Source: Octopus sinensis (taxonomy: Eukaryota). Taken from it: a stretch of DNA of 64,000 nucleotides. The notes under the pieces were generated by a model. That model saw only the letters and a program-made list of their open reading frames with translations, had not been told where the DNA came from and made no database searches. Positions 42,550 through 55,281 of this stretch are shown in pieces. Location of the stretch: contig NC_043011.1 of the NCBI RefSeq assembly GCF_006345805.1, forward strand, positions 44,652,464 through 44,716,463, given 5' to 3'. A program made the position numbers and the translations under genes. How positions within the stretch are numbered: position 1 is the first letter of the stretch; the number at the start of each line of letters is the position of its first letter.

Positions 42550-43015
42550 GTAAAAGCAATTAAGATTCAAGTCAGTTCTAATGAATTCACTTGAATGCGG
42601 TACTTAACTTAGATGCACCAGAAAACTATATGGTATTAACCATACAATAATGTGGGGTGATTATAAACGAGAAAAAAGCAACAAGAATGGATTAGTTTTT
42701 TTAGTACAATTGTTTCATACAAAGACAAGCTTTATTAAAAGCTGCAAATATTGCAGCAAATACAAGTGTCCCGTACTCATCAGCTAAAACACATATGAGT
42801 TCTCCAAACATCCTAGTGGGTGAGGCTACACTCATGAAGTATCGGAGATAGTTCAATAAAAAACAAATTTAGGTTGTAAGCGGACTTCCAAAGTTCTTTA
42901 ATGATGATGCACAGAGTGTAGCCTCACCCACTAGGATGTTTGGAGAACTCATATGTGTTTTAGCTGATGAGTACGGGACACTTGTATTTGCTGCAATATT
43001 TGCAGCTTTTTCTCG
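42550..43015 (-). mobile_element. Truncated Penelope-like retroelement end with an inverted partial pLTR
   Basis: Perfect 97-bp inverted repeat (42737-42833 / 42914-43010) with an 80-bp spacer. One arm is part of the hammerhead. Inverted partial pLTRs and hammerheads are established PLE hallmarks. Left boundary is approximate. Confidence 0.6.
42699..42789 (-). ncRNA. Type I hammerhead ribozyme motif in a Penelope-like pseudo-LTR
   Basis: Minus strand: UUUUAG-CUGAUGA-GUACGGGACA...UGUCUUUGUAU-GAA-AC-AAUU-GU-A-CUAAAA. Stem I is 6 bp, stem II is long and branched with a G.U closing pair, stem III is palindromic ACAAUUGU, and the cleavage triplet is GUA (cut between 42705 and 42704). Confidence 0.75.
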
Positions 43016-43039
43016 TATATATATATATATATATATATG

Positions 43040-43480
43040 TTCTTTTATTCTTTTATTTGTTTCAGTCATATGATTGCGGCCATGCTGGAGCACCACCTTA
43101 TATTTTTTCTTGTTTCAGTCATTGGACTGTAACCATGCTATAGCCCCCATCTTGAACAAATCAAACCCAACACCGATATTTTCCTTTAAAGTTATTCTGT
43201 TGGTCCTGCAAAACTTTGCCTATCCATTTCTGTTGCCAAACTAAGTTACAGAAAAGAAAAAGAAACCATCATTTATTGTCAAGCAGTGGTGGGGGACAAA
43301 TGCAAACACACTCAAAGATACATACATACATATTCAGTTTCTGTCTACCAAATCCACTCACAAGACTTTGGTCGGCCCGAGGCTATAGTGGAAGAAACTT
43401 GCCCAAGTTGACAGGCTGTAGGACTGAAACCAGAACCATGTGGTTGGTAAGCAAGCTACTTACTACACAGCCACTCCTGT
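43040..43480 (-). mobile_element. SINE family A
   Basis: Diverged reverse copy with a duplicated tail. Further partial copies lie at about 2020, 3660, 4280, 32890, 35990, 48445 and 52750. Confidence 0.7.
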
Positions 43481-43591
43481 GCATATGTATGTATTTATGT
43501 ATGTTTGTATGCTTGTGTGTGTGTGTATGAGTATGTGTATGTATGTGTGTGTGTATGTATGTACATACATATATAATATATATATATATAT

Positions 43592-43622
<31 letters not shown>

Positions 43623-43659
43623 ATGTATAATATATAATATAATATAATTGCTTGCGAAG

Positions 43660-44118
43660 ACATGTTGAGGCAAGTGAAATGAGCACCATCCGAGCATGAT
43701 CATTGCCAGAGCAGCTAACTGGCTTCCGTGCCAATGGCACATAAAAGGCACCATTCGAGTGTGATCATTACCAGTGTCGCCCTACTGACACTTGTGCCAG
43801 TGGCACGTGAAAAAACATTCGAGCAAGGTTGTTACCAGTGCCACTGGACTGGCTCCTGTGCAGGTGTCACGTAAAAAAACACCATTTGAGCATGGCCATT
43901 ACCAGTACCGCCTGACTGGCCCTTGAGCTGGTGGCATGTAAAAGCACCCACTACACTCTCGGAGTGGTTGGCATTAGGAAGGGCATCCAGCTGTAGAAAC
44001 TCTGCCAGATCAAGATTGGAGCCTGGTGCAGCCATCTGGTTCACCAGTCCTCAGTCAAATAGTCCAGCCCATGCTAGCATGGAAAGCAGATGTTACACAA
44101 TGATGATGATGATGACGA
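43660..44118 (+). mobile_element. Repeat family D (ggc(a/g)ttaggaagggcatccagc domain, (GAT)n tail)
   Basis: Same module at about 21575-21710, 23545-23735, 35175-35410, 37082-37310, 38860-39118, 45155-45560, 46670 and 47490. Confidence 0.75.
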
Positions 44119-44210
44119 TGATATATATATATATATATATATACATACAGATATATATATATATATACATACATACAGATATATATATATATATATATAC
44201 ATACATACAG

Positions 44211-44241
<31 letters not shown>

Positions 44242-44244
44242 GCG

Positions 44245-44440
44245 AGTAAGTTTAGGAAAATAAACAAAAGACGAAGGCAGGTGGAGTACAAACAAACGAA
44301 TGTATTAGTATAGCGCTCAGGAATAGAAATAGAAAATGTCTTTTACGTTTCGAGCCTACGCTCTTCGACAGAAAGATACACAGAAAAAAACAAGGAGAGA
44401 AAAAAATGCATGTAGGAGCTAACGATCTATCATGGCGTCC
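44245..44440 (-). mobile_element. Penelope-like pLTR fragment (same family as 23780-23975)
   Basis: Shares aaagacgaag.caggtg...ACGTTTCG.G.CTACGCTCTTCGACAGAAA with the 23.8 kb copy. Confidence 0.45.
44338..44376 (-). ncRNA. Minimal hammerhead-like motif with variant core CUGUCGA (Penelope-like remnant)
   Basis: Minus strand: UCUUU-CUGUCGA-A-GAGC guag GCUC-GAA-AC-GU-A-AAAGA. Confidence 0.45.
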
Positions 44441-44533
<93 letters not shown>

Positions 44534-45772
44534 TGGGGAGTGATACTAACATGCATACACACACACACATATATATATGTATAAATGTGTGTGCTTGTTT
44601 GTGTGAGTGTGTGTGTGTGTGTGTAACTAATTCAGCCACAACAAAGCCAGCTTTAAATCCATTGTTATGAAACCATCCATTACCACCACCAACACCCATA
44701 CTACAACAACACTGACCTTTACCGCAATCACATCAACAACATCTATAATCCCTGCTATTACAGTTGTTTGACCTGTTAGAAACACCAGCCAAAATCCACT
44801 CCCCACCCACTCTGCAGTTTATACCCTACTTATTTGTAACTACACCTTAAAGAAAAGATGGTCATGGATGGAATAATTTGGTCATAAATCTGCTTAGTCA
44901 AGGCTGATCTAGAATTAAGCAACACTGACACCTCCACAACAACTACCACCTCCACACCAACAACAATGATCAACAACCATCATCATGACTATCACCACCA
45001 CCACCACCACCACCACCACATCACTATCACCACCTTACATATATACATATATGTATATGTGTGTATATATACATACATACATACATACATATATATATAT
45101 ATAATATATATAGATAGATATAGATATATATATACATATATGTATATATATATATATCATCATCATCATTCGTTTAACGTCCGCTTTCCATGCTAGCATG
45201 GATTGGACGATTCAACTGAGGACTGGCGAACCAGATGGCTGCACCAGGCAACAATCTTGATCTGGCTGAGTTTCTACAGCTGGATGCCCTTCCTAATGCC
45301 AACCACTCCGAGAGTGTAGTGGTTGCTTTTATGTGCTACCGGCACGAGGGCCAGTCAGATGGTACTGGCTATGGCCATGCTCAAATAGTGTTTTTTATGT
45401 GCCACCTGCACAGGAGCCAGTCCAACAGCACTGGCAAAGACCTTACTCGAATGTTTTTTCATGTCCCACCAGCACGGAAGCCAGTCAGCTGCTCTGGCAA
45501 CAATCACGCTTGGATGGTGCTCTTAGCGCTCCACTGGCATGGTTGCCAGTCACCGAATTTATATATAGAATTACAATTCAGTTGAATTAGGTACTTAAAT
45601 TGAGGTACCTTATTAGATCTGAGTAACATTTATACTCAGCACTATTTAGTGAGTATCAGACTTCTGTATAAGTGCTGGCCACATGATATTCTTGCAGTGT
45701 ATGCACATAATAAGACCCAACTGAGTGAAGAAATTCACTTTTAGCTATTCAGACATACTTTATATTAAAAAT

Positions 45773-46157
45773 GGAGGTGCAATGGCCCAGTGGTTAGGAC
45801 AGCGGACTCGCGGTCATAGGATCGCGGTTTCGATTCTCAGACCGGGCGTTGTGAGTGTTTATTGAGTGAAAATACCTAAAGCTCCACGAGGCTCTGGCAG
45901 GGGATGGTGTTGATCCCTGCTGTACTCTTTCACCACAACTTTCTCTCACTCTTACTTCCTGTTTCTGTTGTACCTGTATTTCAAAGGGCCGGCCTTGTCA
46001 CTCTCTGTGTCACGCTGAATATCCCCGAGAACTACGTTAAGGGTACACGTGTCTGTGGAGTGCTCAGCCACTTACACGTTAATTTCACGAGCAGGCTGTT
46101 CCGTTGATTCGGATCAACCGGAACCCTCGTCGTCGTAACCGACGGAGTGCTTCCATC
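45773..46157 (+). mobile_element. SINE family C with 11-bp TSD
   Basis: TSD atattaaaaat (45762-45772 / 46158-46168). Confidence 0.88.
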
Positions 46158-46257
46158 ATATTAAAAATACTGTCTATAATATTTACGAAGCATGGAGTTC
46201 AGGATAGGTGAATAAAATATAAGTAACATTTGTACTTTTTCGCTATTCACTTATATA

Positions 46258-46625
46258 TATTCTTTTATTTGTTTGAGTCATTTGACTGTAGCCATGCTGG
46301 AGCACCACCTTTAGTCGAGCAAATCAACCCCAGGACTTATTCTTTGTACACCTGGTACTTACTCTATCAGTTTCTTTTGCCGAACCACTAAGTTACGGGG
46401 ATGTAAAGACACCAGCATCTGTTGTCAAGCTTTGTTGGGAGGTAACAAGCACAGACACAGAAACATATACATACATATGTTTCTGTCTACCAAAACCACT
46501 CACAAGGCTTTGGTCGGCCCAAGGCTATAGTAGAAGACACTTGCCCAAGGTGCCACACAGAGGGACTGAACCTGGAACCATGTGGTTGTTAAGCAAGCTA
46601 CTTACCACACAGCCACTCCTACGCT
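46258..46625 (-). mobile_element. SINE family A
   Basis: Reverse copy. Confidence 0.8.
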
Positions 46626-46663
<38 letters not shown>

Positions 46664-47005
46664 ACTCTGCTGGGTAGATGGTGTTAGGAAGGGCAACCAG
46701 CTGATAACAACTGTGCCAAAACAAACACAAATCTGGTGCAGTTTCCTGCCATGCCAACTCCTGTCAAACTATCCAACCCATGCCAACATGGAAGGCAGAT
46801 GTTAAGCAATGATGATGATGATGGTGATGATGATGGTGATGATGGTGATGATGATGATTATGATGTGTATGTGTGTGTATCTGTGTGTATCTGTGTGTGT
46901 GTATATATATATATATATAATTAATGAAGGATAGAATTTTTTTTCGGGAAAAAAATTTCAGCATATCAAAAAATACCTTTAAAGGTTAAATTTATAGATA
47001 ATTTA

Positions 47006-47443
47006 CAATATAAGGGCAAAAGAAAAATTCTAATGCCAAATATGCCGAAAAAAAAGACAGAAATTGTCAAATAACCATTATAATTTATGTGTCTCGAAAC
47101 AAACCGATAGAAATTTCTAAAAAATTTGTTATTACCATATTGGACCAATTTTGGAGTTAATTCATAAGAATTTTCTCCTCTTCAGTGGCAAATACGTGAG
47201 ATATAAGTGAAATACTTACTCATACCCACGGAAAAAGCAAACACCAAGTCCTGAGCAGACCTAAGTACCCCAAATATATCCAAAATAGAAAATCTTCCGA
47301 AATTGGTCCAATACGGTAATAACGAATTTTTTAGAAATTTCTATCGGTTTGTTTCGAGACGCATAAATTATTATGGTTAATTGACAATTTCTGTCTTTTT
47401 TCGGCATATTTGGCATTAGAATTTTTCTTTTGCCCTTATATTG
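47006..47443. mobile_element. Tc1/mariner-like MITE, copy 1
   Basis: TA|CAATATAAGGGC...GCCCTTATATTG|TA with ~149-bp near-perfect TIRs. Confidence 0.85.
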
Positions 47444-47845
47444 TACATTATATATATATATATATATATATATAAGTCCACTCTGCTGGGTAGATGGTGT
47501 TAGGAAGGGCAACCAGCTGATAACAACTGTGCCAAAACAAACACAAATCTGGTGCAGTTTCCTGCCATGCCAACTCCTGTCAAACTATCCAACCCATGCC
47601 AACATGGAAGGCAGATGTTAAGCAATGATGATGATGATGGTGATGATGATGGTGATGATGATGGTGATGATGATGGTGATGATGATGATGATGATGATTA
47701 TGATGTGTATGTGTGTGTATCTGTGTGTATCTGTGTGTGTGTATATATATATATATATAATTAATGAAGGATAGAATTTTTTTTCGGGAAAAAAATTTCA
47801 GCATATCAAAAAATACCTTTAAAGGTTAAATTTATAGATAATTTA

Positions 47846-48282
47846 CAATATAAGGGCAAAAGAAAAATTCTAATGCCAAATATGCCGAAAAAAAGACAGA
47901 AATTGTCAAATAACCATTATAATTTATGTGTCTCGAAACAAACCGATAGAAATTTCTAAAAAATTTGTTATTACCATATTGGACCAATTTTGGAGTTAAT
48001 TCATAAGAATTTTCTCCTCTTCAGTGGCAAATACGTGAGATATAAGTGAAATACTTACTCATACCCACGGAAAAAGCAAACACCAAGTCCTGAGCAGACC
48101 TAAGTACCCCAAATATATCCAAAATAGAAAATCTTCCGAAATTGGTCCAATACGGTAATAACGAATTTTTTAGAAATTTCTATCGGTTTGTTTCGAGACG
48201 CATAAATTATTATGGTTAATTGACAATTTCTGTCTTTTTTCGGCATATTTGGCATTAGAATTTTTCTTTTGCCCTTATATTG
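47846..48282. mobile_element. Tc1/mariner-like MITE, copy 2 (part of tandem duplication)
   Basis: Essentially identical to 47006-47443, including its flanks. Confidence 0.85.
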
Positions 48283-49388
48283 TACATTATATATATATAT
48301 ATATTTAGCTTTCATTTAAATAGTTAATTCTTGGTAAGCTTTCTATATTCACCCATATTTCCTACCTTATACTATGTATGTATGTATAAATGTATGTATG
48401 TATGTATATATGTATGTATGTACATATGTATGTATACGATGGACTCATTTTCTTATCTGTCTACTGAATCCACAAATCTACTCACTAAGCTTTGGTCAGC
48501 CGAAGACTATGGTAAAAAACCTTTACTTGACCAAGGTACCAGGCAGTTGGACTGAACTCAGAACTATGAGATTGAGAAGCAAACTTCTTAACCACACAGT
48601 CATGCCTGGACATCTCTTATCCATACCAATACATGGTCATCTGTTGTCCTCACCACTACACTGACCTATCCCCGCACTCACTGCCAAAGGTCCCGGATAC
48701 ACTGAGCCCTTTAACTTCTACTGCTACCACAAACCTCGATACATTTAGCCAACCTGCTAGAAATAGATACTGATTTCCCTCATATCATACCATATTGCCT
48801 TTAGAAATGGAAGGACACACAGTGGTCAATGTAATCCTGGACACACACAAAAGACAGGCTGTCTTTCATTCATTGAATTGCAGTTGACCAGGATCTAAAT
48901 AAAAACAATCAATATATTTGCACAACTGTTGTCCACACAAATAACTGTTCCAATATTATCAACGCCAACAGATGACCCTTCCATCATTCCCTGACCATCC
49001 AATCTCCAATCCATGCAAACATCATCCAACTTCCTGTTGTCGATGCAGCAATGACAAAAGATGGATTAATTCACAGCTATTATTAAAAGCTAAGTTAACC
49101 ATCTAACAAAACACACATATACACACACATATGTGTATATGTGTATATATGTGACTGTGTGTGAATACACACATATATGTAATAGTATATAGTATATATA
49201 CATATGTGGTCAGTGATGACTGCCCATTGTTGTTACCATAGCAATGATGATGCAATATGTCTACACATTCTTTCCTTCCTTCCTTCATCTTGTGATCAAT
49301 CAATAGAGAAATTCTTCCGTCCTTTCTTCCTTTCATACAGAACTCACAGCATTTCTACAGGCATTCTCTTTGAAGAACTTAACACATA

Positions 49389-49431
<43 letters not shown>

Positions 49432-49804
49432 AAAAACACAAGCGCATGCATATACACATCTCTCACACATGCACACACACAAATACATACACATTTGTAA
49501 TGTGTGTGTGTGTGTGTGTGTATACACATATATTCTTAGCATCTTTCAGTGAGACCTTTGTCAGCCATTCACCAGCTATTTAAAGCTATATATGGCAAAT
49601 GATATGGCCACACAATTTGCATCTCTAATTATCTGAAACTCTCATCATGTCCAACATATTGATCCCTTGGACTTCTAATCAGATAAATACCCCTATTTCA
49701 GATACTTATCATATCTTGAACATCTTGCTTCACAGGGCATTAACACATTAGCAACTATCTTGGCAGAATCCCACATCCTTCCAACACCAACCTTAGCCTT
49801 ATTT

Positions 49805-49860
49805 TTATGATAATAATGAACTAACGGTACACAGTGCTCAGGTGCACGACTCAACAGAAA
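49805..49860 (-). mobile_element. CR1 3'UTR fragment
   Basis: Reverse complement contains gtgcacctgagcactgt, as at 17209-17225. Confidence 0.5.
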
Positions 49861-50024
49861 AAGCAGTCAAAACTGCATGAACAGTACAGAGAATAATGCA
49901 CAGGAAGGGAACAGTAAATAAGTGTTTTAAAAAAAGTGGGGTCAATAGTTGTACTATTAGGCATGCAATATCTATGATTAATCCTTTAGTATTTAAACCA
50001 GCCATATCTGGCCCAAATATTCTT

Positions 50025-50415
50025 CCAGTTGTATGTTCAAACTGGCAAGATCCAGCCAAAATATTCTACCAGTTGTATGTTCAAACTGGCCAGATCCAGC
50101 CAAAATATTCTACCAGTTGTATGTTCAAACCGGCCAGGTCCAGCCAAAATATGTTATATGCTCAACCAGCCAGATCCAGCCAAAATATTCTACCAGTTGT
50201 ATGTTCAAACTGGCCAGATCCAGCCAAAATATTCTACCAGTTGTATGTTCAAGCTGGCTAGATCCAGCCAAAATATTCTGCCAGTTGTATGTTCAAACTG
50301 GCCAGATCCAGCCAAAATATTCTACCAGTTGTATGCTCAACCAGCTAGATCCAGCCGAAATATTCTACCAGTTGTATGTTCAAACCGGCCAGATCCAGCC
50401 AAAATATTCTACCAC
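50025..50415. repeat. 44-bp minisatellite (about 9 units)
   Basis: Unit ccagttgtatgttcaaactggccagatccagccaaaatattcta, directly following the MITE left end TTAATCCTTTAG at 49978. Confidence 0.9.
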
Positions 50416-50756
50416 TGAAACACTGGGGTCGATGTAATCAACTAGTCTCCTCCCACTCGATTTCAGGCCTTGTGTCTTTAGAAGAAAGGATTATTGTTAT
50501 CATCAATTATTAAGGCTGTGAGCTGGCAGAAATGTTAGCTCACCAGGCAAAATGCTTAGTGGCATTTCATGCATCTTTATGTTCTGAGTTCAAATACCGC
50601 CGAGGTCAACTTTGTTTTTCATCTCTTTCTGAGTCAATAAAATAAGTACCAGTTGAAAACTGGGGAAGATGTAAACTACTAGACCCCTCTCCTCAAATTT
50701 CAGACTTTGTACCTATAGCAGAAAGGATTATTATTATTGTTGTTGTATATGTTGAG

Positions 50757-51080
50757 TGAAGGTGCATGGCTTAGTGGTTAGGGGCATTCAGCTCATGATC
50801 GTAAGGTTGTGAGTTCAATTCCCGGCAGTGCATTGTGTCCTTGAGCAAGACACTTTATTTCACGTTGCTCCAGTCCACTCAGCTGGCAAAAATGAGAAGT
50901 ACTTGTATTTCAAAGGGCCTGTCTTGTCACACTCTGTGTCACGCTGAATCTCCTCGAGGACTACATTAAGGGTAGACATGTGTGTGGAGTGCTCAGCCAC
51001 TTGCACGTTAATTTCACAAGCAAGCTGTTCCATTGATTGTATCAACTAGGACCCTCGTCGTCATAACTGACGGAGTGCTC
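50757..51080 (+). mobile_element. SINE family C
   Basis: Homologous to the 42209-42528 copy. Confidence 0.8.
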
Positions 51081-51961
51081 CTGTATGTCGAGTATCAAGA
51101 ATCAGATAGAGACATATGAATGTTACAAACGACAACACTAAACACACTATCTTAGACACAAATTTTCATGTAATTTGTTACTCTATATTTAGTCATCATA
51201 TTTTCATTACCATTTTTACTATTTTGGTGGCAAACATATGTACATATAAAATAACATAAAATAAAATAAATAAAAAAAAAACAAATCTAAGTATTCATTC
51301 ATAAAACTCACAGCTGTTGATGTTAAAAAAACATGTTTTATGCCATCCTTTATCATGTCTCTTAGTTCTTCACTGAGATTATCTGATCTTCACAGAAGGT
51401 AGTTACATCAAAATACATCAAGATTTAAGTAAAAGAAAATTTAATCTAATTTTTATTTCTGATTGCTATAAAAGATTCAGAAAGTGTTTTATGCTTGTCA
51501 TGTTTATAATATTTCAGAGAATTGTGAGGGATAAAACCCAAGTAAAACCCGAGATATATTGCCTTGTTATTCAGGAATATCTTAAGAATATTATTTCTCT
51601 TAGAGATAACTTTAGTAGATTGGTGAAAAGAAGATAATATCAGGGAAACAAAATGAAGAAAAAGAAGTAGGTCTTCTTGAAGAAGTAGAAAATCTTAAAA
51701 TGTATGTGTTTGGAAATACAATTCCTCTTTCGGTTAATTGAAATGGATTTTCTTTTAGAACTGTTATATTTTTATTTTTATTTTTTGTAGATAACATTGA
51801 AGACTGCATGGTAGTGCTGTATTATTCCAAAGTCATCATTATTGCTGTCACCATCACCACTACCACAAACATTGCTTTATTATTTTTTTTCTAGCCCACA
51901 CAGGTCTTCAGGAAAGGCTAGAAAGAAATAAAGCAAGTTCAATTTAAACCATGCTGTATAA

Positions 51962-52359
51962 TCTTTATATATAAAAGTGAAGTTGTGTGTCTGTCTCCTA
52001 CGATTTAGATCCCTAACTACTCCCACATTTTGCAGTGCAGTTTAACCAAAACCGGGTATCTTATAGTCGTGATTCATATCGAGCCCTTCTGGGTATTAGC
52101 GCGCATCTACGATGAGTCTACAATTTTAAAAATAATTTACCATCATTTTTTTCCATTTTAATGCATTTTTTCGCTATTATATAAGGGAAGTAACTCTCTA
52201 AAAATGTCTACGATGAGTCAACGATTTAAAAAAAAATTTACCATAATTTTTTTTCCATTTTTAATGCATTTTTTTGCTATTTTTTGGCTATAACTCTCTA
52301 AAAAGGCTTATATAGTTATTTCCCTTACAAACCCGAGCAACGCCGGGCAATACTGCTAG
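51962..52359 (+). mobile_element. Non-autonomous Helitron-like element with an internal duplication
   Basis: A|TCTTTATATATAAAA...hairpin...CTAG|T. The segment ctacgatgagtc...tttaccat.attttttcc occurs twice. Same subfamily as 26108-26380. Confidence 0.75.
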
Positions 52360-53549
52360 TTATATATATATAAATATATATATCTTTTGTCTCTTTTATT
52401 AGTTTCAGTCATTAGACTGCAGCTATGCTCAGGTACCATATTTCAAATTGATGTAATGTTTGCATTGTTCGATTAAATGGAGTCACCTGAAACAGCTGTA
52501 ATGCATTAATACCTTGACGTCCTTGTTGGTTATGTGATGCAATCTGCACCTGATTTATATTCCAAGCAGAACATGGTAGGGGTTCACTCCCTTACTTGAA
52601 ATATATATTAGGTGCAGATTGCATCGAATAACCAGCTGGAGGAGGCATCCTCCTGGGGTTAAAATGGTAGTTTCTATAGAATAGCCATGTTGAAGTGGCA
52701 GTAAACATTACTTCCTGTGTGTGTGTGTGTGTGTGTGTAGGTGCATACATAGCTGTGTGGTAAGAAGCTTGCTTCCTTATTGCATGGTTCCAGGTTCAGT
52801 CCCCCTGTGTGGCACCTTGGGCAAGTGAATTCTACAATATCCCTGGACCAACCATAGCCTTGCGAGTGGATTTGGCACCCAGGAACTGTAAAGTAATTCA
52901 TACACACACACACACCTTCATACTGTTATTTGAACATTTAGCTAACTTATTTCCTGCATGGGGTGTTGCTAAAGTGATGGCCTGTATTTTACTTATCTTC
53001 TCCATGATATATATATGTGTGTGTATATATAATATATATTCACACAAACATACATACATATATACGCATATCTGTGTAGATAGACAGATCCTGGAGATTA
53101 GGGGGTGTCTGTAAGGTGAGTAAAATGTAGGATTGTTGACAGAGTGTCCCCTTTCCCATTACTGGAATGTATAAAAGGAGCCCTACCTACCTTGTTTAGT
53201 ACACTGACTCCTAACATATCCCAAAATAGGGGGGAAGCCCCTCTGTGTCAGTATGAGTCAGTGTGGCCAATGGCCTACTTTACACCCCTTATCTCTCATC
53301 TGTCTGTCTATCTGTCTCTCTCTCTCTCCCTCTCTGTCTGTCTATCTAATTATCTATCTATCTATCTCTTTCTTCTCACTTGCTTTCCCTTCACCACTCT
53401 ACTCCTTATAAATTTCATTAGACAAACCCACCCCTTTTCTCTCACTTTCTTCATATCTTGCTACTTCATATCTTTTCTCTCTCTTTAATGTGTGTGTGTG
53501 TGAGAGTTTATATTTTATAAATATGTGTGCGTGTGTGTGTGTGTGTGTG

Positions 53550-53596
<47 letters not shown>

Positions 53597-54704
53597 ATAT
53601 ATTAGGTTTGGAGATGATGTACAGGTATTATATATTAGAAGAAATGAGGTACTCAGAAATCTGGATGGTTTTATATTTACAAGATATTTATTAGTATGTT
53701 ACATGTTTTTATAAATCATATATCATATATTAGTGCTTTCGTCCACTCTAGTGGAGTTTTCAAATTGAACTAACTTTTGCAGGAATTTTGACTCTTTTTA
53801 TAGTATTATTGAGTGTGTAGGGGTGGGGAGAGATATAAGATAGTACAAGAGGGTGATGAATGGGGAGAAAGTTAGAGAGAGCATGTGTGTGTGTGTATCT
53901 GTGTGTATTTTTGTATCTGAAGGTGGTGTTAAAGAAAAAGAAAAAGAAGGAAAGGAAGAAGTTCATGAACGAAAGTAACTTGAAGACCACAAGTTTGCGT
54001 GCACGTGTGTGGGAGAGAGAGAAACGGAGAAAGAAAGAGAGAAATGTTGCACAGAAACAACATTTTAAATCCCAAACACATTGTACACTTATAACCAAAG
54101 TCGTATTGTTAAATTGTGTTTGCAGCTATTGTGATTATAAGAAAATTATTGAACAATTACTGAAGAAACTGTAGTGGCTTCATGCAGGCATAGCGGGGAT
54201 TCAATCCTTGATCGTCAGTTCAACAGCACTTTTCTCGCGGTAAAACAATAGTTTTTCTGTGAGTGACAGCAGTTACATTTGCCAGATGCCTTCGCTAAGC
54301 AGTATAATGTCTTGACTCTTCTAACCTCTTCTAGGCCACCAAAAGCTAGAATAGAGATAACAGGTACCACCAACGTAATCGATTGTCCTCAACAATATGT
54401 CTAGCTGGTTTTGGATAGTTATAAAAACAAGAACTCCTTAAGCCAAAGTCTGGCTGAAGAAAAGGCTGTCTCTGAAAGAAAAGTTACAAAGGGACAACTA
54501 TTGTAACTCACCAACGATGCAGTAGTTTCATCCTACCACTCTCACTAACTCACTTCCCTTTCTCTGTTACATTACCATATCTCTCTATATATACTACTAC
54601 AAGATATGCAGGCCGAAATTAACTTTCTTTACCTTGCATGCTTTACGTACTGTGTTATACTATTACACTAACCTACCAGTCGTGGTATGACATATTACAG
54701 TAAT

Positions 54705-54937
54705 AAGGCGGCGAGCTGGCAGAAACGTTAGAACGCCGGGCGAAAGGTCTAGCGGTATTTCGTCTGCCGTTACGTTGTGAGTTCAAATTCCGCCGAGGTC
54801 GACTTTGCCTTTCATCCTTTCGGAGTCGATAAATTAAGTACCAGTTACGTACTGGGGTCGATGTAATCGACTTAATACCTATGTCTGTCCTTGTTTGTCC
54901 CCTCTATGTTTAACCCCTTGTGGGTAATAAAGAAATA
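54705..54937 (+). mobile_element. SINE family B, complete
   Basis: aaggcggcgagctggcagaaacg...gtaataaagaaata, with a probable TSD ggtatgacata (54684 / 54938). Other copies lie at about 4005, 6910-7690, 13405, 18395, 19240, 32350, 36890, 50513 and 60840. Confidence 0.88.
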
Positions 54938-54965
54938 GGTATGACATAATAAAGTAACGGTAAAT

Positions 54966-55281
54966 AAATATTTTGTGTGAATATTTCGAGAGTGAAGTAT
55001 CGTTTCTGGTTGGAACCTCCAGGTTTCCTGTCCTGAAATTGCCCGGCTAAGAGTTCATACGGTTGGAGGAACAATACCGGACACCTTGTAACTATGTTAC
55101 GGTACCAGCCAGCATGTTACAGAGGGTGTTTAAGAACTCAAAGGTGCATAAAACGGTAGACCCACACAATTGTGTCTCCGACTTTCTTTCCTGATAATTT
55201 CCAGGAAGATGGGTATATTTTTAATGAAAATTTCTACAAATACCTTTAAGATGGTGTACATTACGATTATAGCGGAATTTA
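54966..55281. repeat. ~316-bp dispersed direct repeat, copy 1
   Basis: Highly similar to 61116-61432; a partial inverted copy lies at about 55445-55535. Confidence 0.8.

Larger units (their letters stand above)
46660..48300. repeat. Head-to-tail ~0.83-kb tandem duplication
   Basis: Units start at 46660 and 47476 (gtccactctgctgggtagatgg). They differ visibly only in (GAT)n, (TA)n and A-run lengths. Confidence 0.9.

Noticed and set aside
48800-49075. Possible decayed LINE endonuclease on the minus strand
   Set aside because: Similarity (RKLDDVC..WR.DGQG) is too weak to call by eye.
50025-50415. CRISPR-like appearance of regular repeats
   Set aside because: Units are contiguous with no unique spacers, no cas genes are present, and the context is eukaryotic.
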